A stretch of DNA of 64,000 nt from Candidatus Delongbacteria bacterium (lineage in GTDB: Bacteria > UBA4055): the NCBI GenBank assembly GCA_003252515.1, contig QKDR01000159.1, positions 4,811 through 68,810 of the forward strand. The letters run 5' to 3'. Of this stretch, positions 1 through 9,278 are shown one piece after another. Under the pieces are notes generated by a model that made no database searches, was not told the DNA's origin, and was given only the letters and a program-made list of their open reading frames with translations. The first letter of the stretch is position 1; every line of letters starts with the position of its first letter. The position numbers and the translations under genes are program-made.

Positions 1-323
1 CAGACAACAGAGTACTTTCTGAAACCAGAGATCTTGATACTGATAAAGTATATTCTTTTGAAGATTTCGAGGGTCAGTTGTCAATTGAACATAAATCTTT
101 CAGCTTCGAGAACTCAAGGCTTAAATCCAACTTCAGGAAATTCACGGAAGTTAAAGACAGCTACGACATCGATCCTATAAGATACTACCAGAATATATTC
201 AGGATCCCTGCTGAGAAATTCTATAAATTCATTAAATCTCTTGAGGAGAACGGGGTCGGTTTCAGAAAATTCATTATCTCGAGAAAAAATGATACCGTAA
301 CATTCACGGTGTATTTTGGTTAG
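1..323 (+). CDS. Hypothetical protein, 3' fragment of a gene that starts upstream of the window
   Basis: The reading frame is open from the window edge with no stop until TAG at 321-323. The ORF track only calls it from an internal TTG at 78. No recognisable motifs. Confidence 0.4.
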   Translation, partial: DNRVLSETRDLDTDKVYSFEDFEGQLSIEHKSFSFENSRLKSNFRKFTEVKDSYDIDPIRYYQNIFRIPAEKFYKFIKSLEENGVGFRKFIISRKNDTVTFTVYFG

Positions 324-885
324 ATTGACAGGCGGGAACCTCAAAGGGCGGAATGTGTATTCTTCCCATATTGAAGGTCTCAGACCGACAACATCTTTTT
401 TCAGAGAATGGATTTTCAATGTTCTTCAGAATATAACCGATATCAGGAATGTAATTCTGCTTGATCTGTTCGCAGGCACAGGTACTGTATCTCTTGAATT
501 TATTTCACGGGGAGCGATAAAAAGTACTTGTGTGGACAGTAAACGCGAAATGTGTGAACTTATAAAAAAAAGTTCTTTAAGTTTCGGCGTAAAAAACATT
601 CTTACAGTCAACTCCGAATGTTTAAACTATCTGAACAGGATAATATCTTCCGGATCTGCCGACTTTAATACTATTTTCATAGATGCTCCGTACGGTGATT
701 TTTCTCAATCCGAAAAAGTGCTCGATCAGATATTTTCGATGAAAGATATCCTTCCTGAAGAGATCATTATAATAATAGAAATTCCTAAATCGAACGAGTT
801 GAATATTCCCGGTGATTTTACTATTTTTAAGTCTAAATCTTCAGGTAGTACTAAAATGGAAATTATCAGGAGAAAATTTGATTGA
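316..885 (+). CDS. rsmD: 16S rRNA (guanine966-N2)-methyltransferase RsmD
   Basis: N-terminal GGNLKGRNV...RPTTSFFREWIFNVL, SAM motif LDLFAGTGTVSLEFISRGA and catalytic DAPY (a DPPY variant), which is the typical RsmD/COG0742 layout. TTG start overlapping the upstream stop. Confidence 0.8.
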   Translation: MVRLTGGNLKGRNVYSSHIEGLRPTTSFFREWIFNVLQNITDIRNVILLDLFAGTGTVSLEFISRGAIKSTCVDSKREMCELIKKSSLSFGVKNILTVNSECLNYLNRIISSGSADFNTIFIDAPYGDFSQSEKVLDQIFSMKDILPEEIIIIIEIPKSNELNIPGDFTIFKSKSSGSTKMEIIRRKFD

Positions 886-2362
886 TATAGCAAATCAGAT
901 AAAAGAATCCAAATCTCAGTTTCTTCCAAGACCGATGATACGGATGATCATTGCCGCTACCGAAAAGAAAATAACAACGCCTGATATTTTTGATATTATT
1001 ACATCAGAACCGGAACTTGAACAGAGATTCATGACATGTATCAACACTAACCGGGCTTTTGAGATCAAAACACTAAATGAAGCTGTTGAAATTCTTGGGG
1101 CGGACAAATGCACTTTCTCGCTCATGAATATCTTTATTTCAGATATATCGTCAGTTAATCATATTAACGATACTTCAAAAATACTGGAGATGCAGATATT
1201 TACAGCAGTCGCCAGCTACGTAATCGCAAAAAAGACAGGTATCTCGTACCCTCATCTTGCCTATATTTCCGGTATGCTTACGAACATCAGTTATTTTTAC
1301 ATTTCGGCATTTCATCCTGAAGAATATCAGAAGATCGCATTAAAGGATGATAATTCCATAAAAAGAATGACTACTGAATGGGAATTATTCGGACTGGACC
1401 ATTCAGAGATATCATACCTTCTTCTCGGATCATCAAGGATCCCTCATGAAATATACGAACCCGTAAGATATCATCATCAGAAGACTATACAGAAAACAAT
1501 AGGTACTAATAATATTGAGAACTTATCGCTCAGCCTGTATTTTGGTTCTATGCTGACAAACATATTTTATGAGGATTTTAATCTGGCAACCGAATTCAGA
1601 AAAGATATTAAAAATCTCATGAACATTTATTCAGATGAACTTGAAAATACTGTTGATGAGATTATTGAAATGTTCAAAACAGAAATAAGGTCGATCGGCG
1701 TCCGAAATTCGAATTTCCCCGGTTATTTTAAAATAATCAGCTGGTTCGACACGCAACTGGCTATGATGAGTTCCGATTTCGACCTGACTAAAAAAAAGAT
1801 GACAGAACTGAACAGTCAGAATTTAAAATACCAGAAGGCTCTTGAGGACAACAGCAGAAAACTTGTGGGTATCGCTTTACAGGACCCCCTCACAGGCGCA
1901 TTTAACAGAAGATATTTAAGCGAAAGACTTCAGGACGAATTCCTCAAGGCAAAACGGTACGGACTGAGTTTCACGCTGATCAGCTGCGATATTGATCATT
2001 TCAAGAAAATAAATGACACTTACGGACACGGATTCGGAGATACAGTGCTTGTAAAACTCGTTCAGATCATAAAATCGGGTATACGTAAAACCGATTATAT
2101 TGCGCGTACTGGGGGAGAAGAATTTCTTCTTGTATGTCATTCTTCAAACGGTATCGGAGGTGAGGTCATTGCCGAGAAAATAAGACGATCTGTAGAAACT
2201 GCTGTATTTGAATACGAGGACACAGTTGTCCCTGTCACCATGAGTTTCGGGGTCGCCGAGTACTATTCCGAGGTCAAATCCGCAGAAGAACTGATCAGGA
2301 TATCCGACGAAAGACTTTACACCGCCAAGAACACCGGCAGAAATAAAGTGATTTACAAATAG
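878..2362 (+). CDS. HDOD domain-containing diguanylate cyclase (GGDEF domain with GGEEF active site)
   Basis: C-terminal GGDEF domain: RYLSERL...DIDHFKKINDTYGHGFGDTVL...RTGGEEFLLV. The N-terminal half resembles an HDOD sensing domain. I prefer the TTG at 878, preceded by AGGAG at 868-872, over the ORF-track ATG at 812, which would overlap rsmD by 74 nt. Confidence 0.7.
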   Translation: MIDIANQIKESKSQFLPRPMIRMIIAATEKKITTPDIFDIITSEPELEQRFMTCINTNRAFEIKTLNEAVEILGADKCTFSLMNIFISDISSVNHINDTSKILEMQIFTAVASYVIAKKTGISYPHLAYISGMLTNISYFYISAFHPEEYQKIALKDDNSIKRMTTEWELFGLDHSEISYLLLGSSRIPHEIYEPVRYHHQKTIQKTIGTNNIENLSLSLYFGSMLTNIFYEDFNLATEFRKDIKNLMNIYSDELENTVDEIIEMFKTEIRSIGVRNSNFPGYFKIISWFDTQLAMMSSDFDLTKKKMTELNSQNLKYQKALEDNSRKLVGIALQDPLTGAFNRRYLSERLQDEFLKAKRYGLSFTLISCDIDHFKKINDTYGHGFGDTVLVKLVQIIKSGIRKTDYIARTGGEEFLLVCHSSNGIGGEVIAEKIRRSVETAVFEYEDTVVPVTMSFGVAEYYSEVKSAEELIRISDERLYTAKNTGRNKVIYK

Positions 2363-2450
2363 CTTATCACCTGTTTTTCAAACTCCTTGATTATTATACC
2401 TGAAAACGTTATATTTAACCTTTGCGCTTTAATTATTTGAACAGGATTAA

Positions 2451-3818
2451 ATGAACATTCTTATCATAGGCGGTGGCGAGCTCGGCTCGATGATAGCGGA
2501 TCAGCTGATCTCCGAAGGTCATGCCGTTACCCTGATAGAAAAATCGGAAAAAACAGCAAAAAAACTCAACGAAGAACTTGACGCTCTTGTGCTTAACGGC
2601 AGCGGTATTGACGTAAACATCCTTATGAAAGCCAATATTGTGAATACGGAGCTGTTCCTGGCACTGACCAACGACGATAACGTAAATATCGTATCATGCA
2701 ACCTTGTTAAAAAACTGAGTCATTACAAAGCATATACAATTGCAAAGATCGAAAATTCCTCCAGATATTTCTCGAACCCGATAATAGAATCAGCTGATTT
2801 CGGTATTGATAATATGATAGCGACACGTCAGCTTTCGATCAATAAGATTTCCGATCTGATCGCAGAGCCGGAAACTATTGAGATAATAAATTTTCATGAT
2901 AATGACATAAAGATAGTCGGTATTCAGGTAACTGACAATTTCACCGGAACAGGCAAAAAGATACATGAGATAACTTCACTGGATAAGACATGGCGTAAGG
3001 TCAGAATAATAGCCGTGAACAAAGATAACGAAGTAATTATCCCGTCGGGGAATGACATAATAGACTCCGGTGACAGAATATTCATAATAGGAAACACAGA
3101 ATCGATAAAATCGGTTACTCAGGCTTATTTCCCGTCTGTGACAAAGATCAGGAAAGTTATTATCCTTGGAGGTAACAGGATAGGTAAAGAGCTCGCCAGA
3201 AGAGAATCCGAACTCGGAAAGAGCGTTACTATTGTTGAAGAGGACGAGAATATATGTTCCCAGTTGTCGGAAGACCTCGGGAACGTTCTCATAATCAACG
3301 GAAGCGGTACCAACAGCGCTGTTCTTCACGAACTTGACATGAAAGGCTCTTTCGTAGCGTGCGTGACCGACAGGGACGAACAGAATATTATTTCCGCTGT
3401 ACTCGCCAAAAGGAACGGAGCGTACAAAGCTGTCTGCAATATAACTAACATAGCAATAACTCCAATTATCAACGAGATCAGGGATATCGATTCTGTATTC
3501 TCGACCGAATCACTTGCTCTTTCCGAAATACTCAATTACTGCCGTAAAGGTGAAATCCTTTCTTTATACCCTCTGCCTAATATGAAAGCGGAAACTATGA
3601 AGATAAAAATATCATCCCGCCTTGATATACTCGACAAACCTTTAAGAGAGATCAGGCTGCCTAAAGGAATGATAATAGGAGCAATTCTGAGAGAGAATAA
3701 GATCATTATACCTTACGGGAATGACGACATCAGACTTGATGATTTTGTTATCTGTTTTATAATCCCGTCGGCAAGAAAAGCCGCGAAAGAACTTTTCTCA
3801 AAAACATCCGGAAAATAA
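2451..3818 (+). CDS. trkA: Trk potassium uptake system NAD-binding subunit TrkA (two RCK_N/RCK_C repeats)
   Basis: MNILIIGGGELGSMIADQL Rossmann motif, a second Rossmann motif VIILGGNRIGKELAR at mid-protein, and a 455-aa length typical of TrkA. Confidence 0.85.
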   Translation: MNILIIGGGELGSMIADQLISEGHAVTLIEKSEKTAKKLNEELDALVLNGSGIDVNILMKANIVNTELFLALTNDDNVNIVSCNLVKKLSHYKAYTIAKIENSSRYFSNPIIESADFGIDNMIATRQLSINKISDLIAEPETIEIINFHDNDIKIVGIQVTDNFTGTGKKIHEITSLDKTWRKVRIIAVNKDNEVIIPSGNDIIDSGDRIFIIGNTESIKSVTQAYFPSVTKIRKVIILGGNRIGKELARRESELGKSVTIVEEDENICSQLSEDLGNVLIINGSGTNSAVLHELDMKGSFVACVTDRDEQNIISAVLAKRNGAYKAVCNITNIAITPIINEIRDIDSVFSTESLALSEILNYCRKGEILSLYPLPNMKAETMKIKISSRLDILDKPLREIRLPKGMIIGAILRENKIIIPYGNDDIRLDDFVICFIIPSARKAAKELFSKTSGK

Positions 3819-3822
3819 TTTA

Positions 3823-5280
3823 ATGAACTGGAAAGCTGTTTTTAAAATACAGGGTATTCTGCTGCTGATCCTGTCTCTGTCCATGCTTCCGTCTATTGCA
3901 TTTTCATTATATTACGGTTCAGGCGACACTAAAGAAATAACAGCCGCAGTACTTCTGACTTTTATATCCGGCCTTACATTTACCGCCGTTTTCAGATCTG
4001 ATGTTCCTTTAAGGCCTCGTGAAGGTTTTATAATCGTTACTCTCGGATGGATATTCGCGGCGCTTTTCGGAGCTCTTCCTTTCTTTTTTTACGGAATGGG
4101 CGGAGGGAACTATATTGACTGTGTTTTTGAGACTATGTCCGGTCTGACCACTACAGGAGCGACAATACTTACGGATATCTCCTCTCTGCCTAAAGGGCTT
4201 CTCTTCTGGCGAAGTTTGACGCACTGGCTTGGCGGAATGGGGATCATCATGCTTACAATAGCTATACTTCCGATTCTGGGTCTCAGCTCCAATACTTTGT
4301 ATAAAGCGGAAGTGCCGGGACCTATGAAAGACAAGATCAGTCCGAGGATCACTGATACCGCCAAAATACTCTGGTATATATATATGGGTATGACAATTCT
4401 TGAAACAATCATGCTTATGTTAGGCGGGATGAGCTTTTATGACTCTTTGTGCCATACTTTCGGGACTTTGGCGACCGGAGGATTTTCCACACTGAATAAT
4501 TCGATCGCGGGGTTCGACAGTCTGTATATTGAGATCGTCATAATTTTCTTCATGTACCTTGCAGGAATAAATTTCATACTTCATTTTTTTCTTATCAAAG
4601 GTAAGTTCAGAGATTTCTTTACGAACAGCGAAATGAAATTCTATACTTTTACTCTAGTTCTTGCATTGATATTCATAACTTTTAATTTATATTATTCCGG
4701 TATATATGACAGTATCTCTCACAGCCTCAGGTACGCAGCTTTTCAGGTTGTCTCCATAACTACAACTACAGGATTTGTAACAGCCGATTTCGAGAAATGG
4801 CCTTATTTCTCAAAAATACTTCTTATAATACTGATGTTCTTCGGCGGCTGCAGCGGATCTACAGGAGGATCTATAAAGCAGATAAGAATAATGGCTGTTT
4901 TTAAACTGTCATTGAACGAGATCAAAAAGTTGGCATATCCCAGAGCCTTCGTTTCTCTAAAGATCGGAAGTGATCCTATTAATGATCAGGTAGTAAAAAA
5001 CATAGCTGCTTTTTTCATACTTTTCATTTCTATCTTCGCCTTTGTAACACTATTCCTTACTTTTCAGGGTTATGATATCATAACTTCCTTCTCAGCTTCG
5101 ATAGCTACGCTCGGTAATATCGGCCCCGGCCTTGCGCGGGTAGGAGCGATTGAGAATTTCGCATTTTTCGATAACGTCTCTAAGCTGATCCTTACTTTCA
5201 ATATGCTTCTGGGCAGGCTTGAGATATATTCCGTTCTGATACTCATTTATTCTATTCTCAATCCGAAAAAACTGCATTAA
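3823..5280 (+). CDS. trkH: Trk potassium uptake membrane subunit TrkH
   Basis: Polytopic membrane protein with TrkH/KtrB-type selectivity-filter-like segments (TTTGATIL, GGFSTLN, TTTGFVTADF, GGCSGSTGGSIK). Lies immediately downstream of trkA. Confidence 0.85.
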   Translation: MNWKAVFKIQGILLLILSLSMLPSIAFSLYYGSGDTKEITAAVLLTFISGLTFTAVFRSDVPLRPREGFIIVTLGWIFAALFGALPFFFYGMGGGNYIDCVFETMSGLTTTGATILTDISSLPKGLLFWRSLTHWLGGMGIIMLTIAILPILGLSSNTLYKAEVPGPMKDKISPRITDTAKILWYIYMGMTILETIMLMLGGMSFYDSLCHTFGTLATGGFSTLNNSIAGFDSLYIEIVIIFFMYLAGINFILHFFLIKGKFRDFFTNSEMKFYTFTLVLALIFITFNLYYSGIYDSISHSLRYAAFQVVSITTTTGFVTADFEKWPYFSKILLIILMFFGGCSGSTGGSIKQIRIMAVFKLSLNEIKKLAYPRAFVSLKIGSDPINDQVVKNIAAFFILFISIFAFVTLFLTFQGYDIITSFSASIATLGNIGPGLARVGAIENFAFFDNVSKLILTFNMLLGRLEIYSVLILIYSILNPKKLH

Positions 5281-5290
5281 GCTTACTGCT

Positions 5291-5611
5291 ATGATCTCTA
5301 TATTGATCTTTCATAACCTCCTTCATATCATAATCCCGCTGATGATCGCGCTGTATTTTTATAAATCAACCCGGGGTAAAAGTTTTATGCTTATGCTTTC
5401 AGCTTATATTATTGACTTTGACCACCTGCTGGCGGATCCTGTTTTTGATTCCGGAAGATGCAGCATCGGATATCATCCGCTTCATTCCTACCTCGCGATC
5501 GGAGCGTATATAATGCTCCTGTATTTTCCTAAAACGAGACTGATAGGGATCGGTCTACTGACACATATTCTTGTTGACATAAGCGATTGTTTCAGAATTT
5601 CGTTCAACTGA
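5291..5611 (+). CDS. Small His-rich membrane protein (YdjM/DUF6122-like putative metal-dependent hydrolase)
   Basis: Three predicted TM segments and conserved His/Asp residues (DFDHLLADP, GYHPLHSY, HILVD). Starts 10 nt after trkH. No obvious RBS. Confidence 0.4.
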   Translation: MISILIFHNLLHIIIPLMIALYFYKSTRGKSFMLMLSAYIIDFDHLLADPVFDSGRCSIGYHPLHSYLAIGAYIMLLYFPKTRLIGIGLLTHILVDISDCFRISFN

Positions 5612-5676
5612 AGTCTTGATATACCATTCATAAGAACTTATCTTACCTGTAGTAGTACAAAGTCCAAATCAATGGA

Positions 5677-6645
5677 GTGACATTGAGCGTAAAAAGAGAG
5701 CGATACAGAGATTTCTGCAGATCGAAGTGCAACCTTCCGGTTTTTCTGTATGACTGGTGGCTAGACGCGGTCTGCGGAACGGACAACTGGGATATTGCCG
5801 CTGTAATACCGGACACAGAAATACTGGCGTTCATGCCTCTGTACACAAAAAAAGTTCTCTGGTTCAATATTCTGATTCTTCCCCAGCTTACCCAGTTCCT
5901 CGGCCCCTGGATCAATTATCCCGCCGATCTGAAAGAAACGAACAGAGCCGAGTATGATAAGAAAATGATGAATGAACTCATAGCTCAGATACCAAGAAAT
6001 CATTTCTTTGATCAGAACTTTCATTTCTCAATTTCGAACTGGCTTCCATTTTACTGGAAAGGCTACAAACAGACAACAAGATATACATACATTGTTGAGG
6101 ATATAACGCACACCGAAAGAATATTCAATAATTTCACTCCGTCAAAAAGAAAGAACATCAACAAAGCCTCAGAGATCGTCGAGGTAAAATTCGACCTTTC
6201 CGCCGATGAATTCTACGATCACCACAGCTCAACATTAAAAAAACAGGGAGTCGAAATATCCTACAGCAGAGAACTGTTCAAAAGGATATATGATTCATCT
6301 TACAGCAACAATTCAGGTAAAACGATCTTCGCAGTTGATAAAGAAGGAAGAATTCACTCGGCGCTTTTCGTCGTCTGGTCAAAATACAGTGCTTATGATC
6401 TTATCAGCTCCATAGACCCCGATCATAAGAATTCCGAATCTGCGTCTCTTCTGGTATGGGAGATGATAAAATTTCTTTCAGGAAAGGCTTACAGATTCGA
6501 TTTTGAAGGCAGTATGATAGAATCAGTTGAACGCTCGTTCAGGCAGTTCGGAACAGTTCAGAAAGCATATTTTAATATCAGTAAATGTAACTCCCTTTCT
6601 TACAGAATTTTCAGGAACATCAGAGAAAGGTTCAGAAGAAATTAA
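5677..6645 (+). CDS. FemAB-like / GNAT-fold peptidoglycan-bridge-type acyltransferase family protein
   Basis: About 320 aa with the FemAB/Acetyltransf_6-like organisation (conserved LYTKKVLWFNIL..., C-terminal YRFDFEGSM). GTG start. Confidence 0.5.
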   Translation: MTLSVKRERYRDFCRSKCNLPVFLYDWWLDAVCGTDNWDIAAVIPDTEILAFMPLYTKKVLWFNILILPQLTQFLGPWINYPADLKETNRAEYDKKMMNELIAQIPRNHFFDQNFHFSISNWLPFYWKGYKQTTRYTYIVEDITHTERIFNNFTPSKRKNINKASEIVEVKFDLSADEFYDHHSSTLKKQGVEISYSRELFKRIYDSSYSNNSGKTIFAVDKEGRIHSALFVVWSKYSAYDLISSIDPDHKNSESASLLVWEMIKFLSGKAYRFDFEGSMIESVERSFRQFGTVQKAYFNISKCNSLSYRIFRNIRERFRRN

Positions 6646-6664
6646 TCATCCTGAGGCTCTGACA

Positions 6665-7480
6665 ATGAATTTCGATCCTCTTCTAAAATATGATCCGGTA
6701 CTTCTGGCGCTTTTTGCTACATTATTCACTTACGGCGTGACTGCTCTGGGCTCTGGAATGGTTTTTTTCTTTAAAGCCATCAACAAGAAAGTACTTAATT
6801 CCATGCTCGGATTCGCAGCGGGCGTAATGATCGCGGCCAGCTTCTGGTCTCTTCTGAAACCGGCTATCGAGATGGCTGAATCGAACGGTACTCCATCCTG
6901 GATACCTGCGGCTGCCGGATTCCTTTCGGGCGGAGCATTTTTACTGCTGGTCGACAAACTTCTGCCTCACCTTCATCTGGGATTAAAGATCGATAAAGCT
7001 GAAGGTATAAAAACAGGCTGGCAGAGGAGCGTTCTTCTTGTACTTGCCATAACTTTACACAACATTCCCGAGGGACTGGCTGTCGGAGTAGCGTTCGGCG
7101 CTCTGGCTCATAATCCTGATCCGGGTATGCTTGCCGGCGCGATCGCTCTGGCAATAGGTATCGGACTTCAGAATTTTCCTGAAGGCGCTGCCGTGTCTAT
7201 TCCGCTGAGACGTGAAGGTTTTTCCAGGCTGAGAGCTTTCAATTACGGTCAGCTCTCAGGAATTGTCGAACCCGTCGCGGGAGTTCTCGGTGCTTATCTG
7301 GTGCTGACTGTCACACCGCTTCTACCCTACGCGCTTTCATTTGCAGCCGGAGCTATGATCTTCGTGGTCGTGGAAGAGCTTATTCCAGAGTCACAGACAG
7401 GCGAAGAATCCGATCTTTCCACTGTAGGAGCAATGCTCGGGTTCGCAACCATGATGATACTGGATGTCGCTCTTGGCTAA
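6665..7480 (+). CDS. ZIP family metal (Zn2+/Fe2+) transporter, ZupT/GufA-like
   Basis: Signature HNIPEGLAVGVAFG and GLQNFPEGAAV motifs in eight TM helices. The start moves to the ATG at 6665 (MNFDPLL...) because the ORF-track N-terminus (6527) overlaps the preceding gene. Confidence 0.8.
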   Translation: MNFDPLLKYDPVLLALFATLFTYGVTALGSGMVFFFKAINKKVLNSMLGFAAGVMIAASFWSLLKPAIEMAESNGTPSWIPAAAGFLSGGAFLLLVDKLLPHLHLGLKIDKAEGIKTGWQRSVLLVLAITLHNIPEGLAVGVAFGALAHNPDPGMLAGAIALAIGIGLQNFPEGAAVSIPLRREGFSRLRAFNYGQLSGIVEPVAGVLGAYLVLTVTPLLPYALSFAAGAMIFVVVEELIPESQTGEESDLSTVGAMLGFATMMILDVALG

Positions 7481-7592
7481 GAAATATGCGGACATGTTCT
7501 AATAATCAAATACTCTTATTCTCAGATCTTTTAGACAAAATAATATTGATTTAGTTGTCATTACCGAATGGTTTTGCCGATTATTCTTTAAA

Positions 7593-9008
7593 TTATTTTT
7601 TTCTGTAAATAATAAAAGAACCGAATTTGTCTGCCTCTTCGAATTCCTCAGAACTGTAAAATTTTTGCTCAGGATATGAAAACCCCTGCTTGTTTATCTC
7701 ACTTATATGCCCGGTATGGAAAACAACAAGCGATCCTGAAGGTATGATATTTTCAGTCTGATAATTTAGTCTCTTTACTCTCGAAGGTTCTTTATATCCG
7801 TCGATCAGGTCAATACTGTATTTCGTAAAATGATCAGTATAAATCTGTTTGTCGCAATTTGTTCTGATGAACTGTTCAAAACCTTCAATACTCTCCATGT
7901 CGAAATATTCCCTGAAATGTGCGGTCATAATTATTGAGAAAACGATATAAGCCGTCAGCGAGATCAGCATCCATTTCTTTTTCATCTCCGTAAAGAATTT
8001 TGTAGCTAATACCATCGCCGGCAGGAACAGAGGGAAAAGATACCATGTGAACCTGATCGGCATAGGATGATAAGAAGTAAGGGACATCGAAAAGAATAAA
8101 TATAAAATAAGAAGACCTGAGAACCAGTAAACGACGATCCTGTTCTTTCTGTACTTACGGTAGATCACAAGCTGAATTACAGCCAGAAGAGGTATGAACA
8201 GCATTGTTCTTCTCAGAAAAACCGCACTGATATTATCCGTCAGATCCCTGACAAAGCCTTTGGTAATAAAATCATTACTGCTGAAACCCGATAGAGAGTT
8301 CATAACTGTAAGCCTGTAAAAAAAATCTCCGTTGATCAATAAGTAGATCAGACCTTCAAGCACTATCCCTGTTCCAAGTACAGAAATAGAGATAAAGATA
8401 TATTTATTAAAAGTTCTTTTATAAAATAGCTGGTATACAAGAAGTCCCGTGAGCAGAATACCTGTATAAAACACATTGATCTTGAATAATACGGAAAGTC
8501 CGAACAAAAGTCCGCTTAAAGACGCATATAACCACTTCTTATCTCTGTCGGCTACAAATAACATCAGAATACCGGAATTGACCAGAACCGTTGAGAAAAG
8601 GTCAGTAAAAGCTATTGATGCAAAAAGTATCTCAGTAGGATAGAAAACTGTAAATAAAAGTACCAGAAGCGCTGTCATTTCTGATCTTGTGACAGTTTTA
8701 ACCAGCCTGTAGCTAAGGACCATGTTTATGACCGAAAATATCATCGGAAATACAGTTGTAGCTGTTTTATTCGTTCCGAAAAGAATAAAAGACAGAGATG
8801 TCAGCCAGGTCTGTCCTATTCTCACAAGACAGACCGGGTAACCCAGATAATCCGCTCCGAAGTTACCGTTGTAAAGAGTATAAGCAAGATAATCGTAATA
8901 AGCGTCATCCGAATAAACATGCCCGAAATAAAAGTAGAAACGCAGAAATATCCCAGCTGCCAGCAGAAGCATAACTGTAATTTTAGTTCTTTTATCATCC
9001 CAGATCAT
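7593..9008 (-). CDS. GT-C fold membrane glycosyltransferase (ArnT/PMT-like, GT39/GT83 family)
   Basis: Polytopic membrane protein with an Asp-rich first-loop motif (YSDDAYYDY), 10+ TM helices and a C-terminal soluble domain. RBS GGAGAC upstream of the ATG. Confidence 0.55.
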   Translation of the reverse strand: MIWDDKRTKITVMLLLAAGIFLRFYFYFGHVYSDDAYYDYLAYTLYNGNFGADYLGYPVCLVRIGQTWLTSLSFILFGTNKTATTVFPMIFSVINMVLSYRLVKTVTRSEMTALLVLLFTVFYPTEILFASIAFTDLFSTVLVNSGILMLFVADRDKKWLYASLSGLLFGLSVLFKINVFYTGILLTGLLVYQLFYKRTFNKYIFISISVLGTGIVLEGLIYLLINGDFFYRLTVMNSLSGFSSNDFITKGFVRDLTDNISAVFLRRTMLFIPLLAVIQLVIYRKYRKNRIVVYWFSGLLILYLFFSMSLTSYHPMPIRFTWYLFPLFLPAMVLATKFFTEMKKKWMLISLTAYIVFSIIMTAHFREYFDMESIEGFEQFIRTNCDKQIYTDHFTKYSIDLIDGYKEPSRVKRLNYQTENIIPSGSLVVFHTGHISEINKQGFSYPEQKFYSSEEFEEADKFGSFIIYRKK

Positions 9009-9203
9009 TTTGTCTCCGATTCTTCAAAAGGTAAAATACGCAATTAAAGCATGATTTACAAGCGCTTGAGCGTATTCTTTTTTATTTGACAATAGAATTT
9101 AAATTCATTAAATATAAATATCTGACATACGGGCCAAAATTATCTGTATATACAGTAAAAAAACGCCTCAGAGGCATATATCTTCCAAACCAGTGCCCAA
9201 ACG

Positions 9204-9237
9204 TTGCGGGTAAACGCCACAGAGGCGTTTATCCGCA
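9204..9237 (+). promoter_or_regulatory. Imperfect extended hairpin (tgcggg-taaacgcc/ggcgttta-tccgca) in the 5' leader of the KAP-TIR gene. It overlaps the second copy of a 15-bp direct repeat (aaacgccNcagaggc at 9161-9175 and 9212-9226)
   Basis: Read directly from the sequence. About 45 nt upstream of the ATG at 9279. Function unknown. Confidence 0.3.
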
Positions 9238-9278
9238 CGTTGTGTGACATGCTGTTTTTAAATAAATAAGGAAATATT

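Noticed and set aside
812-877. ATG at 812 as the start of the HDOD-GGDEF gene
   Set aside because: It would overlap rsmD by 74 nt. An in-frame TTG at 878 is preceded by a canonical AGGAG at the correct spacing.
6527-6664. ORF-track N-terminal extension of the ZIP transporter (MNARSGSSEQ...)
   Set aside because: It overlaps the 3' end of the upstream FemAB-like gene by 119 nt in another frame. The conserved ZIP protein begins at MNFDPLL (ATG 6665) directly after that gene's stop.
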